This document shows, one piece after another, positions 1 to 11,023 of a stretch of 63,901 nucleotides of DNA. Under the pieces are notes generated by a model, which made no database searches, had not been told where the DNA came from, and was given only the letters and a program-made list of their open reading frames with translations. Position 1 is the first letter of the stretch. Every line of letters begins with the position of its first letter. The DNA is from Spirochaetia bacterium (GTDB lineage Bacteria > Spirochaetota > Spirochaetia > CADAEX01). The stretch spans positions 1-63,901 of the forward strand of contig CAXXHA010000017.1 of assembly GCA_963662265.2 (NCBI GenBank), written 5' to 3'. A program made the translations under genes and the position numbers.

Positions 1-177
1 AACAAGCGCTGACTGGTATATCTGAAATAAAAAACCGATGATAAAGGAGCCTGTAACATTGAGGAATAATGTTCCCAGGGGGAAAGACGCCGAGGCAAGA
101 CTGTTAACAAATGATGATACAAAAAACCGGCACAGAGCCCCTGCACTTCCTCCAAGAGCTATCATTAAATATAACAT
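1..177 (-). CDS. crcB: Fluoride efflux channel CrcB/FluC, N-terminal part (runs off window start)
   Basis: Not in ORF track. Manual translation from ATG at 177 gives MLYLMIALGGSAGALCRFFVSSFVNSLASASFPLGTLFLNVTGSFIIGF, with the GGxxGAxxR and FPxGTLxxNxxGSF Fluc motifs; GGAG RBS upstream. Confidence 0.9.
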   Translation of the reverse strand, partial: MLYLMIALGGSAGALCRFFVSSFVNSLASASFPLGTLFLNVTGSFIIGFLFQIYQSALV

Positions 178-204
178 GGTAATTTTCTCCCTTTTAATAC
201 TATA

Positions 205-270
205 ACAACAGGAGTCATCTGCCACAAGACAGTTGAAAGTGATCTGTAGAACTTTGTGTTTACCTTTATA
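205..270 (-). promoter_or_regulatory. Possible degenerate fluoride (crcB) riboswitch
   Basis: Minus strand reads AAC-TGTC...GGCA-GATGACTCCT just upstream of crcB, matching the 3' half of the crcB motif; 5' half is a poor match. Confidence 0.4.
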
Positions 271-485
271 CCAACTGATAATTTTCACTTTTAAATAATA
301 TAGTGCAACGTAAAACTGCTGACAGTACCGCAGTGATGTCTTTCTCCAGACAGGAAGAGATTCTAATTCCTGAATAATTTAAAACCAATAATAATTATAT
401 ATTGTTTTATCTGATTAATTTGAATTTAGTATTAAAACAGAGTTATATTATACGATATATATTTCAAAAATAAAAAGGAAAAGTT

Positions 486-1295
486 ATGGACAACTATAAT
501 GTGTTATATGCACTTGGACTTACAGTTTTCGCAGGACTTTCAACCGGCGTCGGAAGCCTGATGGCTTTCATGGCAAAGAAATTCAATCCCAAATTCCTGG
601 CAGGTGCTCTGGGTTTTTCGGCAGGAGTCATGATTTATGTTTCTCTTGTAGAAATATTTGTCAAAGCCAAAGATTCACTGTCCGCATCCTACGGGGAAAA
701 AACAGGTTACTGGTATACTGTTATTTCTTTTTTCATCGGAATTGGAATAATCGCATTAATAGACAAATTAATACCATCATTTGAAAATCCGCATGAAATA
801 AGCAATATAAATCATTTTGATAATGCACCCAAAAATGATGATAAAAGACTCCTTAGAATGGGGATGTTTTCAGCTCTTGCAATAGGAATACATAATTTCC
901 CAGAGGGTCTTGCAACATTTATGGGAGCACTGACAGACCCTGCACTTGGAATAAGTATTGCTGTTGCAATTGCTATTCATAATATTCCAGAAGGAATTGC
1001 AGTATCAGCGCCAATATACTATGCAACTAAAAGCAGGAAGAAAGCCTTCTGGCTGTCATTTCTGTCAGGAATAGCCGAACCTGTTGGAGCTCTTTTAGGA
1101 TATTTCCTTTTAAGATCTGTATTCAATGATGCAACTTTCGGGGTTATATTTGCAGGAGTTGCCGGTATTATGGTCTATATTTCTCTTGATGAACTGTTAC
1201 CTACAGCAGAAGAATACGGAGAACATCATATTGCAATAGGCGGCCTTATAGGGGGAATGCTTATAATGGCACTGAGCCTCCTGATGTTTATTTAA
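486..1295 (+). CDS. zupT: ZIP family zinc transporter ZupT
   Basis: HNFPEG and HNIPEG motifs, multiple TM segments. Confidence 0.92.
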   Translation: MDNYNVLYALGLTVFAGLSTGVGSLMAFMAKKFNPKFLAGALGFSAGVMIYVSLVEIFVKAKDSLSASYGEKTGYWYTVISFFIGIGIIALIDKLIPSFENPHEISNINHFDNAPKNDDKRLLRMGMFSALAIGIHNFPEGLATFMGALTDPALGISIAVAIAIHNIPEGIAVSAPIYYATKSRKKAFWLSFLSGIAEPVGALLGYFLLRSVFNDATFGVIFAGVAGIMVYISLDELLPTAEEYGEHHIAIGGLIGGMLIMALSLLMFI

Positions 1296-1347
1296 GGCAC
1301 AGATATTGAAAAAACAAATATTCTTTTCCCGGATCCAGGAGCAGTGA

Positions 1348-2283
1348 ATGAGAATTGACAGAATGCTGGCAATAACAATACTGCTCCTGAACAGGGAAAA
1401 AATAAGCGCGAAGGAATTAGCGGAAAAATACGGCGTATCGGTAAGAACCATATACAGGGATATTGATGCGCTTAACCTTGCAGGCATCCCTGTAATCTCC
1501 TACCCGGGGATAAACGGCGGGTTCGGTCTTGTTTCAAATTACAAAATCGACAGGCAGCTCATTACTTTTGAAGAGATGAAATCTCTCCTGACTGCATTAA
1601 AAGGGGTAAACACAGCACTCCGTGATATTTCAATTGAAACCCTGATAGAGAAAGTCAGCAGCATAGTTCCTGAAAACAAGCGGGAACTTATGGTTACCCA
1701 TCTGGACAGATTCTCAATGGATTTCAGCCCGTGGGGAACTGGATCCGAAAAAACAGAAAACCTTGAAATACTTCAGAAAGCTGTTAAAGATTCTGAAATC
1801 ATATCGTTCAGTTACTTCAGCAACAAGTATGAATCCACACAAAGATCTGTCAGACCTCTCAACCTGTTTTACAGGGGCTACAGCTGGTATCTTTTCGGAT
1901 GGTGCATGCTTAAAAATGATTACAGAATTTTCAAGGCAGGCAGGATCAGGGAACTTTCATTGACAGGTAATATTTTCAGAGAGAAATATCTCTCATACAG
2001 CCGGTATATTTCATTAAAAAAAGAGAAACAGGAAGTCAGGACAATCACACTGACACTCAAATTCTCCCCTGAAATAAAAGTAAAGGCAGAGGAATATTTC
2101 CCCCCCTCTTCCCTGGTTCCCGACAAGGAGGGATACCTTACAGCAGAAACGGACTTCCCTGAAGATGAATGGGTTTATTCTCTGATACTGAGCTTCGGGG
2201 AATTTGTAGAAGTTATAAAGCCGGAGTACATAAGAAATATAATCAGGGAAAAAGCGCAAAAAATATCAGAAATTTACAGTTAA
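1348..2283 (+). CDS. YafY-family HTH-WYL transcriptional regulator
   Basis: N-terminal HTH (VSVRTIYRDI), WYL motif (SWYLFGWC), WCX-like C-terminus. Confidence 0.92.
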   Translation: MRIDRMLAITILLLNREKISAKELAEKYGVSVRTIYRDIDALNLAGIPVISYPGINGGFGLVSNYKIDRQLITFEEMKSLLTALKGVNTALRDISIETLIEKVSSIVPENKRELMVTHLDRFSMDFSPWGTGSEKTENLEILQKAVKDSEIISFSYFSNKYESTQRSVRPLNLFYRGYSWYLFGWCMLKNDYRIFKAGRIRELSLTGNIFREKYLSYSRYISLKKEKQEVRTITLTLKFSPEIKVKAEEYFPPSSLVPDKEGYLTAETDFPEDEWVYSLILSFGEFVEVIKPEYIRNIIREKAQKISEIYS

Positions 2284-2286
2284 ACC

Positions 2287-2302
2287 TGACATAACGGTGT
2301 CA
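2287..2302. promoter_or_regulatory. TGACA-N6-TGTCA palindrome, likely operator of the adjacent WYL regulator
   Basis: TGACA-TAACGG-TGTCA directly after the regulator stop and upstream of the zinc-ribbon gene. Confidence 0.6.
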
Positions 2303-2347
2303 AAGCTATCATTTATACTGATGAAAAAATGAACAAGAGGTATAAAG

Positions 2348-2866
2348 ATGGCAAAACACTGTCTCTCATGCGGAATGCCGCTGGATGGAAAAATGGAAAA
2401 CATGAAGAATCTTAAAAACAATGATTTCTGTGTATTCTGTGCTGATGAAAATGGGAAACTTAAAAGCTACAGGGAATCTGTAATCGGGATAGCCTCATGG
2501 CTGGGAAGTTTTGATAAAACAGGTAATAATATAAACTATATTGAAAAAGCTGTTGAATATCTGAAAGCAATGCCTGCATGGGCGGAACATGAAGCTGAGG
2601 ATATAACAGGTATGGATAAAACAAGTCTGATTAAGTTTGATATACCTGATTCCTGCCAGTCATGCGGAGTTCCTTTTTCTCCTGAAACAAAAAATACAGA
2701 AATGTACTGTTCTTTCTGTTCCCGTGAAAATGGTGAACTTAAGAAAAGAAACGAGATTACTGATGCTTTTGAAATGTGGCTGCGGGAAATATCACCTGAA
2801 AAAGAGGGAGTAGACTTCCGGAAAAGAGCTGAACATTATCTCAATGCAATGCCTGCATGGGGCTGA
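2348..2866 (+). CDS. Tandem zinc-ribbon domain protein (Zn_ribbon_2-like x2)
   Basis: Two repeats of CxSCG(M/V)P...(F/Y)CxFC..ENG.LK...YL.AMPAW. Confidence 0.75.
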   Translation: MAKHCLSCGMPLDGKMENMKNLKNNDFCVFCADENGKLKSYRESVIGIASWLGSFDKTGNNINYIEKAVEYLKAMPAWAEHEAEDITGMDKTSLIKFDIPDSCQSCGVPFSPETKNTEMYCSFCSRENGELKKRNEITDAFEMWLREISPEKEGVDFRKRAEHYLNAMPAWG

Positions 2867-2923
2867 TTTTATCATTTCTCCGATTTGAATAAAACAATCT
2901 TTTTGTTATTCATATTCACAAGG

Positions 2924-2964
2924 TATACCTGTTATCCTGATCAGCTGTCAGCGAAACAGGTATA
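2924..2964 (+). terminator. Hairpin after zinc-ribbon gene
   Basis: TATACCTGTT...AACAGGTATA inverted repeat followed by a T-rich tract. Confidence 0.4.
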
Positions 2965-3031
2965 TTATTTATCTTCTATTCAGCCATGGAGCTCTTTAAA
3001 TAATCTGAATAATTTTATAAATTAAACAGGT

Positions 3032-3268
3032 ATGATTGATGAAGACGATATTGAAAACACTGCATATGAAAGCATGCTGAAGCATCTTAATTCTCGTTCT
3101 GAAAATGATGATTTTGATATAGAGCAGATAAGATCTGAATTAAAAACACTGGAAAAGTACGAAGGTCTTGACTGGACAGGACGGGGATCTATTAAAGCTG
3201 CAGAAATTTCCGGTCATATTCTCGCTTATCAGGTATTTCTGATGAGATACAGGAAAAAAGCACAGTAA
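3032..3268 (+). CDS. Hypothetical protein
   Basis: 78-aa ORF with plausible composition and AGGT upstream. Confidence 0.6.
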   Translation: MIDEDDIENTAYESMLKHLNSRSENDDFDIEQIRSELKTLEKYEGLDWTGRGSIKAAEISGHILAYQVFLMRYRKKAQ

Positions 3269-3411
3269 AGCCGGAGTAGAATTATTTTTCTGATTATTTT
3301 TTCAATATAAATATTGTATCAAATAATCGGAAACAGGCTTAATATAACAATTTACAACATTAAAACTTAAGTATAGAATTGACTATCATCAGAACAGCAA
3401 TGGAGACTTTA

Positions 3412-3582
3412 ATGGATAAGAAAATTGAAGAATTATCGCTTGAAGCTAATAAAACTGACGGGGTCATTATTTCCCAGAAAGGGTACAGTGACAGACCGGA
3501 TTCAACAGTTAAACTATCTGTAGATCAGATTGATATTCTTCTGAAATGGCTGAAAGAAGCCAAAGAACAGATTGCTGAATAA
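3412..3582 (+). CDS. Small hypothetical protein
   Basis: GGAG RBS upstream of ATG at 3412 (MDKKIEEL...). Confidence 0.55.
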   Translation: MDKKIEELSLEANKTDGVIISQKGYSDRPDSTVKLSVDQIDILLKWLKEAKEQIAE

Positions 3583-3624
3583 ATAAGACTGTAATAGTTT
3601 TTAATAATAAGAATCAGTTTGCAA

Positions 3625-4241
3625 TTAACTATTATTCTCCTCGCTGTTTTTGCTTTCATCAGTACATTCCGGGTATAATTTTTTTATACAGTCAGGGCAG
3701 ATCCCGTGGCTGAATTTAATATCTGCGTGTGAATTTATATATTCTTCAATTTCAGTCCAGTAACCGTCATCATTCCTTATTTTTTTACAGGATGCGCATA
3801 TGGGAAGCAAGCCCTGAAGCTGCTCATTACATTTTCAAGTGCTTCTTCAAGTTTTCTTTTCTGATTGTACAGCTTGAGAAAAACATTAACCTTGCCAAGC
3901 AGGATTTCAGGAACAAGAGGTTTTACAAGAAAATCCACAGCACCTGATGCAATTCCCTTTATCTGATATATTTTATCCGAATATATCGCAGAGACAAAAA
4001 TTACAGGAAGAAATTCTGTTTTTTTATCATTTCTCATCAGGGTCACTGTTTCAAACCCATCCATTATTGGCATCTGGACATCAATCAGGGCAAGGGCAAA
4101 GTCATGTTCAAGAGTCTTTGCAAGAGCCTCATTACCCGATTCCGCACGTATAATATCAGCATCAATACTCCGGAGTAATGTTTCAAGAGCAATGAGGTTT
4201 TCAATCTTGTCATCCACAATAAGTATTTTAGGTTTTTCCAT
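3625..4241 (-). CDS. Response regulator (REC plus C-terminal LPICxxCKKIR...SHGICPxC domain), frameshifted near 3825
   Basis: ORF 3777-4241 is the REC domain and ORF 3625-3810 the conserved Cys-rich tail; removing 2 nt restores ...ENVKQLQGLLPICASC. Confidence 0.85.
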
Positions 4242-4291
4242 ATACCCCCAATCTCAATCATAAATCACGGGCAAAACAGGCAGCTTTTTCT

Positions 4292-7200
4292 TTAGTAAAG
4301 CCAGAGTCTTATCAATGAAAGAAGCCTGTCTATATCAACAGGTTTTGCAATATAATCATTCGCTCCCGACTCAAAGCATTTATCCTGGTCCTCTTTCATT
4401 GCTTTGGCTGTTACTGCTATTATCGGGAGGGTCCTGAACTGTTTCTGCTCCCGTATTTTTTCCATAGCCAGAAAACCATCCATAACAGGCATCATTATAT
4501 CCATGAGTACAAGATCAATATCAGGATTCTGCTCCAGAACTTCAAGGGCTTTCAGTCCGTTTGCAGCTTTAAACACCTCCATTCTGTTGTCTTCAAGAAT
4601 TTTACCGAGCGCAAAGACATTTCTCATGTCATCATCAACAATAAGTATTTTCTTTCCCTCAAACTGCAGATCCCTGTTGTGAAGCATATTTATCATCTGC
4701 TGTTCATGTTCCGGCATATCTTCAATTACCCGGTGCAGAAAAAGCGATGCCTCATCAAGAAGCCTTTCCTTTGATTTAACACCCTTGACAATTATAGAGC
4801 TTGCATATTTTTCCAGTTCACTTTCCTGCTCTCTGGTTATATCCATACCTGTATACACAATAACCGGCGGTATCTCTATGATATTCCTGCTTTCGCCTAT
4901 TTTCTTCAGGAGGTCAAAACCGCTCATATCAGGCAGACCCAGATCAAGAATAACACAGTCAAAATTATTATTTTCAATCAATTCCAGTGCATCTGTTCCG
5001 CTTGAAGCTTCTACAGTATTAATATCGCTTCCGGTAATCAGCTGTTTAATACCTGTCCTCATAGCATCATTATCTTCAACAACAAGGAGGTTGCGCATTT
5101 TTTTATCCATCAGTGACTCGATTCTTGAAAATGTGCTTTCCAGCTGATCCCGGCTTACAGGTTTTGTCAGGTAACCAATAGCGCCTTTCCTGTAAGCATC
5201 AAGATTCTCATCATCAGCTGAAACCATATGGACCGGAATATGCCTTGTCTTTACATTTTCCTTCAGGTGTTCAAGAACAGCCCATCCTTTAATACCAGGC
5301 AGCGTAATATCAAGTATTATTGCCCCCGGCATATATTTCTCAGCCAGCTCAATCCCCTGTTCACCGCTGGGCGCATGTAAAAATTTCAGATTATATGATT
5401 CTGAAAAATCCCGGAGAATTTCCGCAAAACTGCAGTCATCTTCAATGACAAGGATGGATTTGTCACCCTTGAAAATTTCATTTCTGTCATCGGAAATCCT
5501 GCTTGCTTTGGAAGGATTAATAATAACCGGATCAGACTGCAGATCTTCAATATTTGTTTTTATTTCAGAAGAATCTTTACCTTCATCAATATTTGCGGGG
5601 AGCAGTACACTGACTTCTGTTCCCTCATTAACATGACTCGCCATAGACAGCTTCCCGCCGAGGAGTTTTACAAGTTCCCTGACAATGGATAAACCCAATC
5701 CTGTTCCGCCATATTTACGGGAAATACTTCCGTCAACCTGGTGGAAAGCTTTCTAAATATATAACGCTGCTTCTCCTCGGGAATACCTATGCCGGTATCT
5801 GTCACAGTAAAAAGAATACAGCTTTCATCACAATCCCATGACATTTTATCCAGAAACTCCTTGTCCGGTTTTGAAATAATAAAAGAGAACACTACCCTCT
5901 TCTGTGAATTTTAATCCATTTGAAATAATATTTCTGAAAATTTGCTCTATACGCTGTCTGTCAGAAATAATGTAGGGATCAAGTGCTTCATCAAGATGAG
6001 TCATCAAGTGTATTCCCTTTTCCTCTGCAAGTCTTTTAAAACTGCTTAACATGCTGTCCAGTATATCCTGAAGGGGAAATTCCTCAGTATGGAGTTCCAT
6101 CTTGCCTGCTTCTATTTTGGAAAGGTCCAGTATTTCATTAATAAGTTTTAAAAGTTCATTACCGCTCCTGTGAATTATTTCAGCAGCCTGTTTCTGATGG
6201 TCTGAAAGATTTTCATCCCTGTTTTCTTTCAGATCCTGGGCAAGTATGAGAAGACTGTTAAGAGGTGTCCTGAGTTCATGAGACATGTTTGCAAGAAACT
6301 CTGATTTATATCTGCTTGACTGTTCAAGTTCCCGCGCTTTTTCCTCCAGTACCAGGCCGGCCTCTTCAAGATTTGTATTGACTTTCGCTATTATTTCCTT
6401 CTGTTCCTCGAGATACCTTGTTTTTTCCTCCAGCTCTTCATTGGTTGCCATGAGTTCTTCCTGCTGGCTTTTTAGCTCCTCTTCGGATGAACGGAGTTTT
6501 CCGGTCTGGATTTCCAGTTCCTCGTTAGCGGCAATAAGTTCGCCCTGCTGCTGTTTAAGTGTTTCAGACTGTTCCCTGGTCTGTTTCAGAAGCTCCTTTG
6601 TCTGTCTTTTTGATTCTGCTGATAAAAATGCAATAGCAACAGTATTTGCAATACTGCGCAGAAACTCACATTTGATTTCAGTAACTTCTGAAAAAAAACC
6701 GATCTCAATTATGACTTTTACTTCGTTGTTTATAATACAGGGCAGCACAACAAGGGATGACGGAGAACTGCTTCCAGTCCCGGATGAAACAGGCATATAA
6801 TCATCAGGAAGCTTCCACAGGACTATCATTTCTTTTTCAAGAGCAGCCTGCCCGACAATACCCTCCCCTGTCTTCCATTCAGTCCTGGAATCTTTCCTGT
6901 AAGTCATTGCATAACTTCCGGTAAGATGAAAAGTGCTGTTATCAGACAGGTATATGCATCCGATATCGCCTTCAATATATCCGGCAAGGAACCTGAGAGT
7001 ATTCCGGGAAAGTTCTTCGATTGACATATCACCCTGAAGCATTTTTCCAAGCTCAGCCTGTCCAGTCTTAAGCCAGTTCTGCTCATCCCTTGCACGGCTT
7101 AATTCACCCAGGGAAAAAATCATTCTGTTTATAGCATCCGAGAGTTCATCATTATCAGATTTGGGAATCAGCGAAGCGCTGAAATCTCCAGAAGCAACCT

Positions 7201-8236
7201 TGTCTGCAACTCCGACTATGTCCCTGAGATTTCCAAGCATATTGGAAATTGAAATTCCCAGTGTATCATTTTCAGATCTTAAAACAAGATCCTCACTGAA
7301 ATTTCCTGATGCAACAGAATCTGCCTGTGAAACAACATAGCTGAAACTGTCAATAATACTGTTGATTGACAGAGCAAGTGTATCACTTTCCGATTTAAGC
7401 TCAACCTTTTTGGAAAGATCGCCTTCTGCTATTTTTTCAAGAACTTCAGATTTGTGCTTCAGATTTTCTACCATCTCTTCAAAAGATTCTGCAATAATAC
7501 CTATTTCATCTTTCCTTTTGAAATCCAGGGTATAATCCAGCTGCCCCTTCTCAATTTTCTTGATTCCTTTCAGTATTTCATAAAGGGGATTTCTTATGCT
7601 GCTTATAATCCAGACAGCAATCAGGAATGAAACCAAACTGATCAGAAACATTGTAATAAGTATAAAAACAATTCCCTGCTTCAAGTGATGCCCTGCTTCA
7701 TTTTTAAAATCAGCAGCCTTTTCCATTGCAAAATCAGTAAGCTGCTGTATTTTATTATTCAGCATTTCCACATACTCGGCCCCTTCATTCCTGGTAATAT
7801 CAGCAGCTTCACTTATCATATTGTTTCTGCTGGATTCTATTACTTTCAGCCTGATAAATGCCCAGTTTTCAAAAGCAGTCCTGGCATCTATTACTTTTTC
7901 CACTTCGCCCAGAAACCGGTCCTCTATTATATCAAAATCCCTGAGTACATATCTCTCCATCCTGTTTACCAGGGAAATTGCCTTTTCCCTTTCCTCTGTT
8001 GTTTCTGCTATTGCAACATCTTTCATGGATCTGTGCATACCGTTGATATTGGACTGGATTCTTAAAACAGCAGTACTGACAGTGAATGGATGATTATACA
8101 TATTCTTTACAGTCTGCCCGATATCTGATATTTCAATAAGCGCGAAAATACCTATCAGGACAGTAAGGATAATAATCAGGCAGAAACTTAAAATAAGCCT
8201 GTTATGGATTTTCAGATTATTTAAAATCATTTTCAT
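4292..8236 (-). CDS. Hybrid sensor histidine kinase (periplasmic helical sensor, HAMPs, GAF, HisKA, HATPase, 3 REC), split by frameshifts near 5890 and 5750
   Basis: ORFs 5846-8236 (FLANMSHELRTPLN), 5668-5892 (VTDTGIGI) and 4292-5698 (GLSIV plus three REC domains) are consecutive parts of one kinase. Confidence 0.88.
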
Positions 8237-8239
8237 TCC

Positions 8240-8818
8240 TCACCTGCCTTTACCAATCATATTTATATATTCAGAAATTTCCTTCAGAGAACCCTTAAAA
8301 TCAGGATCCAGTAAATCAAGACCTGACTGAGGCATCTGGTGAGCAAAAGCTGTATCAGGATCTTCGATCACAGCAAGCCCCCCCTTTTTCCTGATTTCAA
8401 GCAGACCGCAGGCACCGTCGCTGTTTGAACCTGTGAGAAGTATACCTGCAGCATTATTTCCAAATACATATGCTGCACTTTCAAAAAGGACATCTATTGA
8501 CGGACGGCAGTAGTTGACTTTTTTATCAATATTCAGAGAAATTATGCTCCCCGAATCGACAAGCATATGATAATTGGGAGGTGCAATATAGATATATCCT
8601 TTTCTGATGGCCTCTTTATCTGTCGGATAGCATATTTTCAGGCTGCAGAATTGAGACATGATATCTGGAAGTTCCTCGCCGGTTTCAGGGGCCATGTGTA
8701 TGACAACAAGAATCGGGATGGAAAAATCATCATCAAGACTGCCCAGAACAGACTTAAGAGCATCTATTCCTCCTGCCGAAGTGCCTAATACAATTATATC
8801 AATTTTATTATCCATCAC
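8240..8818 (-). CDS. cheB: CheB-type methylesterase (no REC domain)
   Basis: GTSAGG, VIHM, RPSIDVLF and LTGSNSDGA motifs. Confidence 0.9.
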   Translation of the reverse strand: MMDNKIDIIVLGTSAGGIDALKSVLGSLDDDFSIPILVVIHMAPETGEELPDIMSQFCSLKICYPTDKEAIRKGYIYIAPPNYHMLVDSGSIISLNIDKKVNYCRPSIDVLFESAAYVFGNNAAGILLTGSNSDGACGLLEIRKKGGLAVIEDPDTAFAHQMPQSGLDLLDPDFKGSLKEISEYINMIGKGR

Positions 8819-9654
8819 CTTATCCGTTTATAAATTTTATCCTGGCTGCTCACCATGGTAAAATCTGACTCAATATCGGAAAAACTGAGACTTTCCCTGA
8901 TGCCAAGGCATAGAAAACCGTTTATATAAAGACTGTCTCTGAACAGTTTCAGAACCCTGTTCTGTAAAACCTGGTTGAAATAAATCATTACATTACGGCA
9001 CATTATCAGATTCATCTCATTGAATACCGAATCTGTTACAAGGTTATGCTTTGCAAATGTTATATTTTTTTTCAGATCCCTGCTGATAATTACGGAATCA
9101 TATTTTGAATAGAAATATTCAGTCAGTGCATTTTTGCCGCCGCTATTTCTGTAATTGACAGAGTAATTTTTAACAGATTCACCGGAATAAATTCCCTCCC
9201 GTGCCCGTGAAAGGGCAGCATCATTTAAATCAGTTGCATAAATCTGGCATTTATCATAAAGCCCCTCTTCAACTAGCATTACGGCAAGAGAATACACCTC
9301 TTCGCCGGTGGAACAGCCTGCTACCCAGATCCGGACAAAGGGATAGGTTTTAAGGTAGGACACAACATCTTCCCGAAGCACCTTAAAAACATGGGGATCT
9401 CTGAACATCTCTGTTACTGTCACTGAAATCCTGTAAATAAGCTTTTTCAGAGCCTTTTCATCATGATTAATCAGGGGGATAATTTCAGACAGATTATCAA
9501 GTCCCTCTTCCATCCTGAAATCGTGAAGCCGCCTTCTCAGACTGGCATCCGCATAATTGCTGAAATCATATCCGCTAGAAGCAGATACAGCCCTTAAAAC
9601 CAGTTCAATTTCAGTCTTTTCGAGTTCCGGGATATTTTTATTTAAAAGGGCCAT
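8815..9654 (-). CDS. cheR: CheR-type methyltransferase
   Basis: TEMFRDP, IWVAGCSTGEEVYS and CRNVMIYF motifs. Confidence 0.92.
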   Translation of the reverse strand: MALLNKNIPELEKTEIELVLRAVSASSGYDFSNYADASLRRRLHDFRMEEGLDNLSEIIPLINHDEKALKKLIYRISVTVTEMFRDPHVFKVLREDVVSYLKTYPFVRIWVAGCSTGEEVYSLAVMLVEEGLYDKCQIYATDLNDAALSRAREGIYSGESVKNYSVNYRNSGGKNALTEYFYSKYDSVIISRDLKKNITFAKHNLVTDSVFNEMNLIMCRNVMIYFNQVLQNRVLKLFRDSLYINGFLCLGIRESLSFSDIESDFTMVSSQDKIYKRIR

Positions 9655-9795
9655 ATAAAAAAAATAGTTTAGCCAGTGTGCTGTGTCAAATAATAAACAA
9701 ATTATTTTACTATTAACTTCTATACACGGAAATTAGTTGAATGGTTGCGGTATCAGGTATATCATTGACCTGATATCAAAATACAGGTAATAAAA

Positions 9796-10278
9796 ATGAT
9801 AAGAGACGCAGAACTGAAAGACGCGGAATCTATAGCAGAAATAATAGTTGAGGCATGGAAATATGCTTACACAGGAATTATTGATCCTGATTTTCCCCAA
9901 AACATGAAAACGGAAAATTTCATATCAATAATGACAAATAACCTGGAAAACAAGCTTGAAACAATATTTGTTTATGAAGAAGAATCTTTGATAAAAGGAT
10001 TTATATCGGGAAAATTATCAGATAGTAAATATGACTGTGAAACAGTGGGATTATATATTTCCCCGGATTACAAGCAGCAGGGGATTGGAAGTAAGCTGCT
10101 TAACAGAATGAAAAGTTTTTATAAAAATAAAAGCTGTAAAACAATGATAATATGGACACTCTCAGGTGCAGTAAACAATATATTCTATGAAAAACACGGC
10201 GGTAAGATTACGGAAAAAAAAGAACTTGATATAGGGGACAAATCCTACCAGGGAGAAGGCTTTGTATTTCAGCTGTAG
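9796..10278 (+). CDS. GNAT family N-acetyltransferase
   Basis: LYISPDYKQQGIGSKL motif A and FYEKHGG. Confidence 0.88.
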   Translation: MIRDAELKDAESIAEIIVEAWKYAYTGIIDPDFPQNMKTENFISIMTNNLENKLETIFVYEEESLIKGFISGKLSDSKYDCETVGLYISPDYKQQGIGSKLLNRMKSFYKNKSCKTMIIWTLSGAVNNIFYEKHGGKITEKKELDIGDKSYQGEGFVFQL

Positions 10279-10289
10279 TTTTCCAGTAT
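10208..10289 (+). repeat. Direct repeat copy 1 (3' end of GNAT gene)
   Basis: Near-identical to 15991-16071. Confidence 0.85.
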
Positions 10290-10363
10290 TAAATAATCTG
10301 TTAATTTATACTGAAAATCTGAGAAATAAGTTGTAGTATAGAATAAGCTTATTTACCGGCTCT

Positions 10364-11023
10364 TTAAAAATCCCACCCATACCCGATATTAATATTTACA
10401 CTGTTTGAGATTGTATTTTCATTATTAAAATAACTTACAAACAGCTTTGAATATCTTATATCTGTAATAATTTTTCCTTTACCAAAAGGGCGTTCATAAC
10501 CAGTTCCAAACGCAAATCCATGTCCCAACCTGCTTTCAGGGGCATATTTACCTATATAGTTTAAATTCACCCCATTTACAGTATTATTATCTTCACCGAC
10601 AACATTGAATAATACAACAGCTAAAGCTGGTCCGGCAAATAGACTTAATTTCCCCTTACCGGCAGTCATCTTATATTTGAAAAGTAATGGCAAAAACAGT
10701 GATTTAACTGACTCAGTATATTCACTATAATAACCACTGTCACTTGCTTCATAACCACCTGAAGACACAAGAAATTGTATTTCAGGTTGTATTGCAAAAC
10801 TTTCTGAAAAAGCAGTCTCTAGAAAAACAGCTGCCTGGAAACCTCCTTCAAATATATTTGAAGCATTCTTATAGTTATCTTTATAATATTCAATTTTTTT
10901 ATCCCAATCATTTCCAGAAAACCATCCCAGATTGATTCCGGCATAACCACCTATAAATAAATCTGTTGAAAACAAGTTTGTTGATGATAATAAAAATAAT
11001 ATAAATACAAGTTGTTTTTTCAT
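10364..11023 (-). CDS. Outer-membrane beta-barrel (PorT/OMP_b-brl-like) protein
   Basis: Signal peptide, AIQPEIQF and LPLLFKY strands, terminal aromatic residue (GYGWDF). Confidence 0.7.
   Translation of the reverse strand: MKKQLVFILFLLSSTNLFSTDLFIGGYAGINLGWFSGNDWDKKIEYYKDNYKNASNIFEGGFQAAVFLETAFSESFAIQPEIQFLVSSGGYEASDSGYYSEYTESVKSLFLPLLFKYKMTAGKGKLSLFAGPALAVVLFNVVGEDNNTVNGVNLNYIGKYAPESRLGHGFAFGTGYERPFGKGKIITDIRYSKLFVSYFNNENTISNSVNINIGYGWDF

Noticed and set aside
4404-8093. Plus-strand ORFs inside the kinase, and similar antisense ORFs across the track
   Set aside because: Shadows of well-supported genes on the opposite strand
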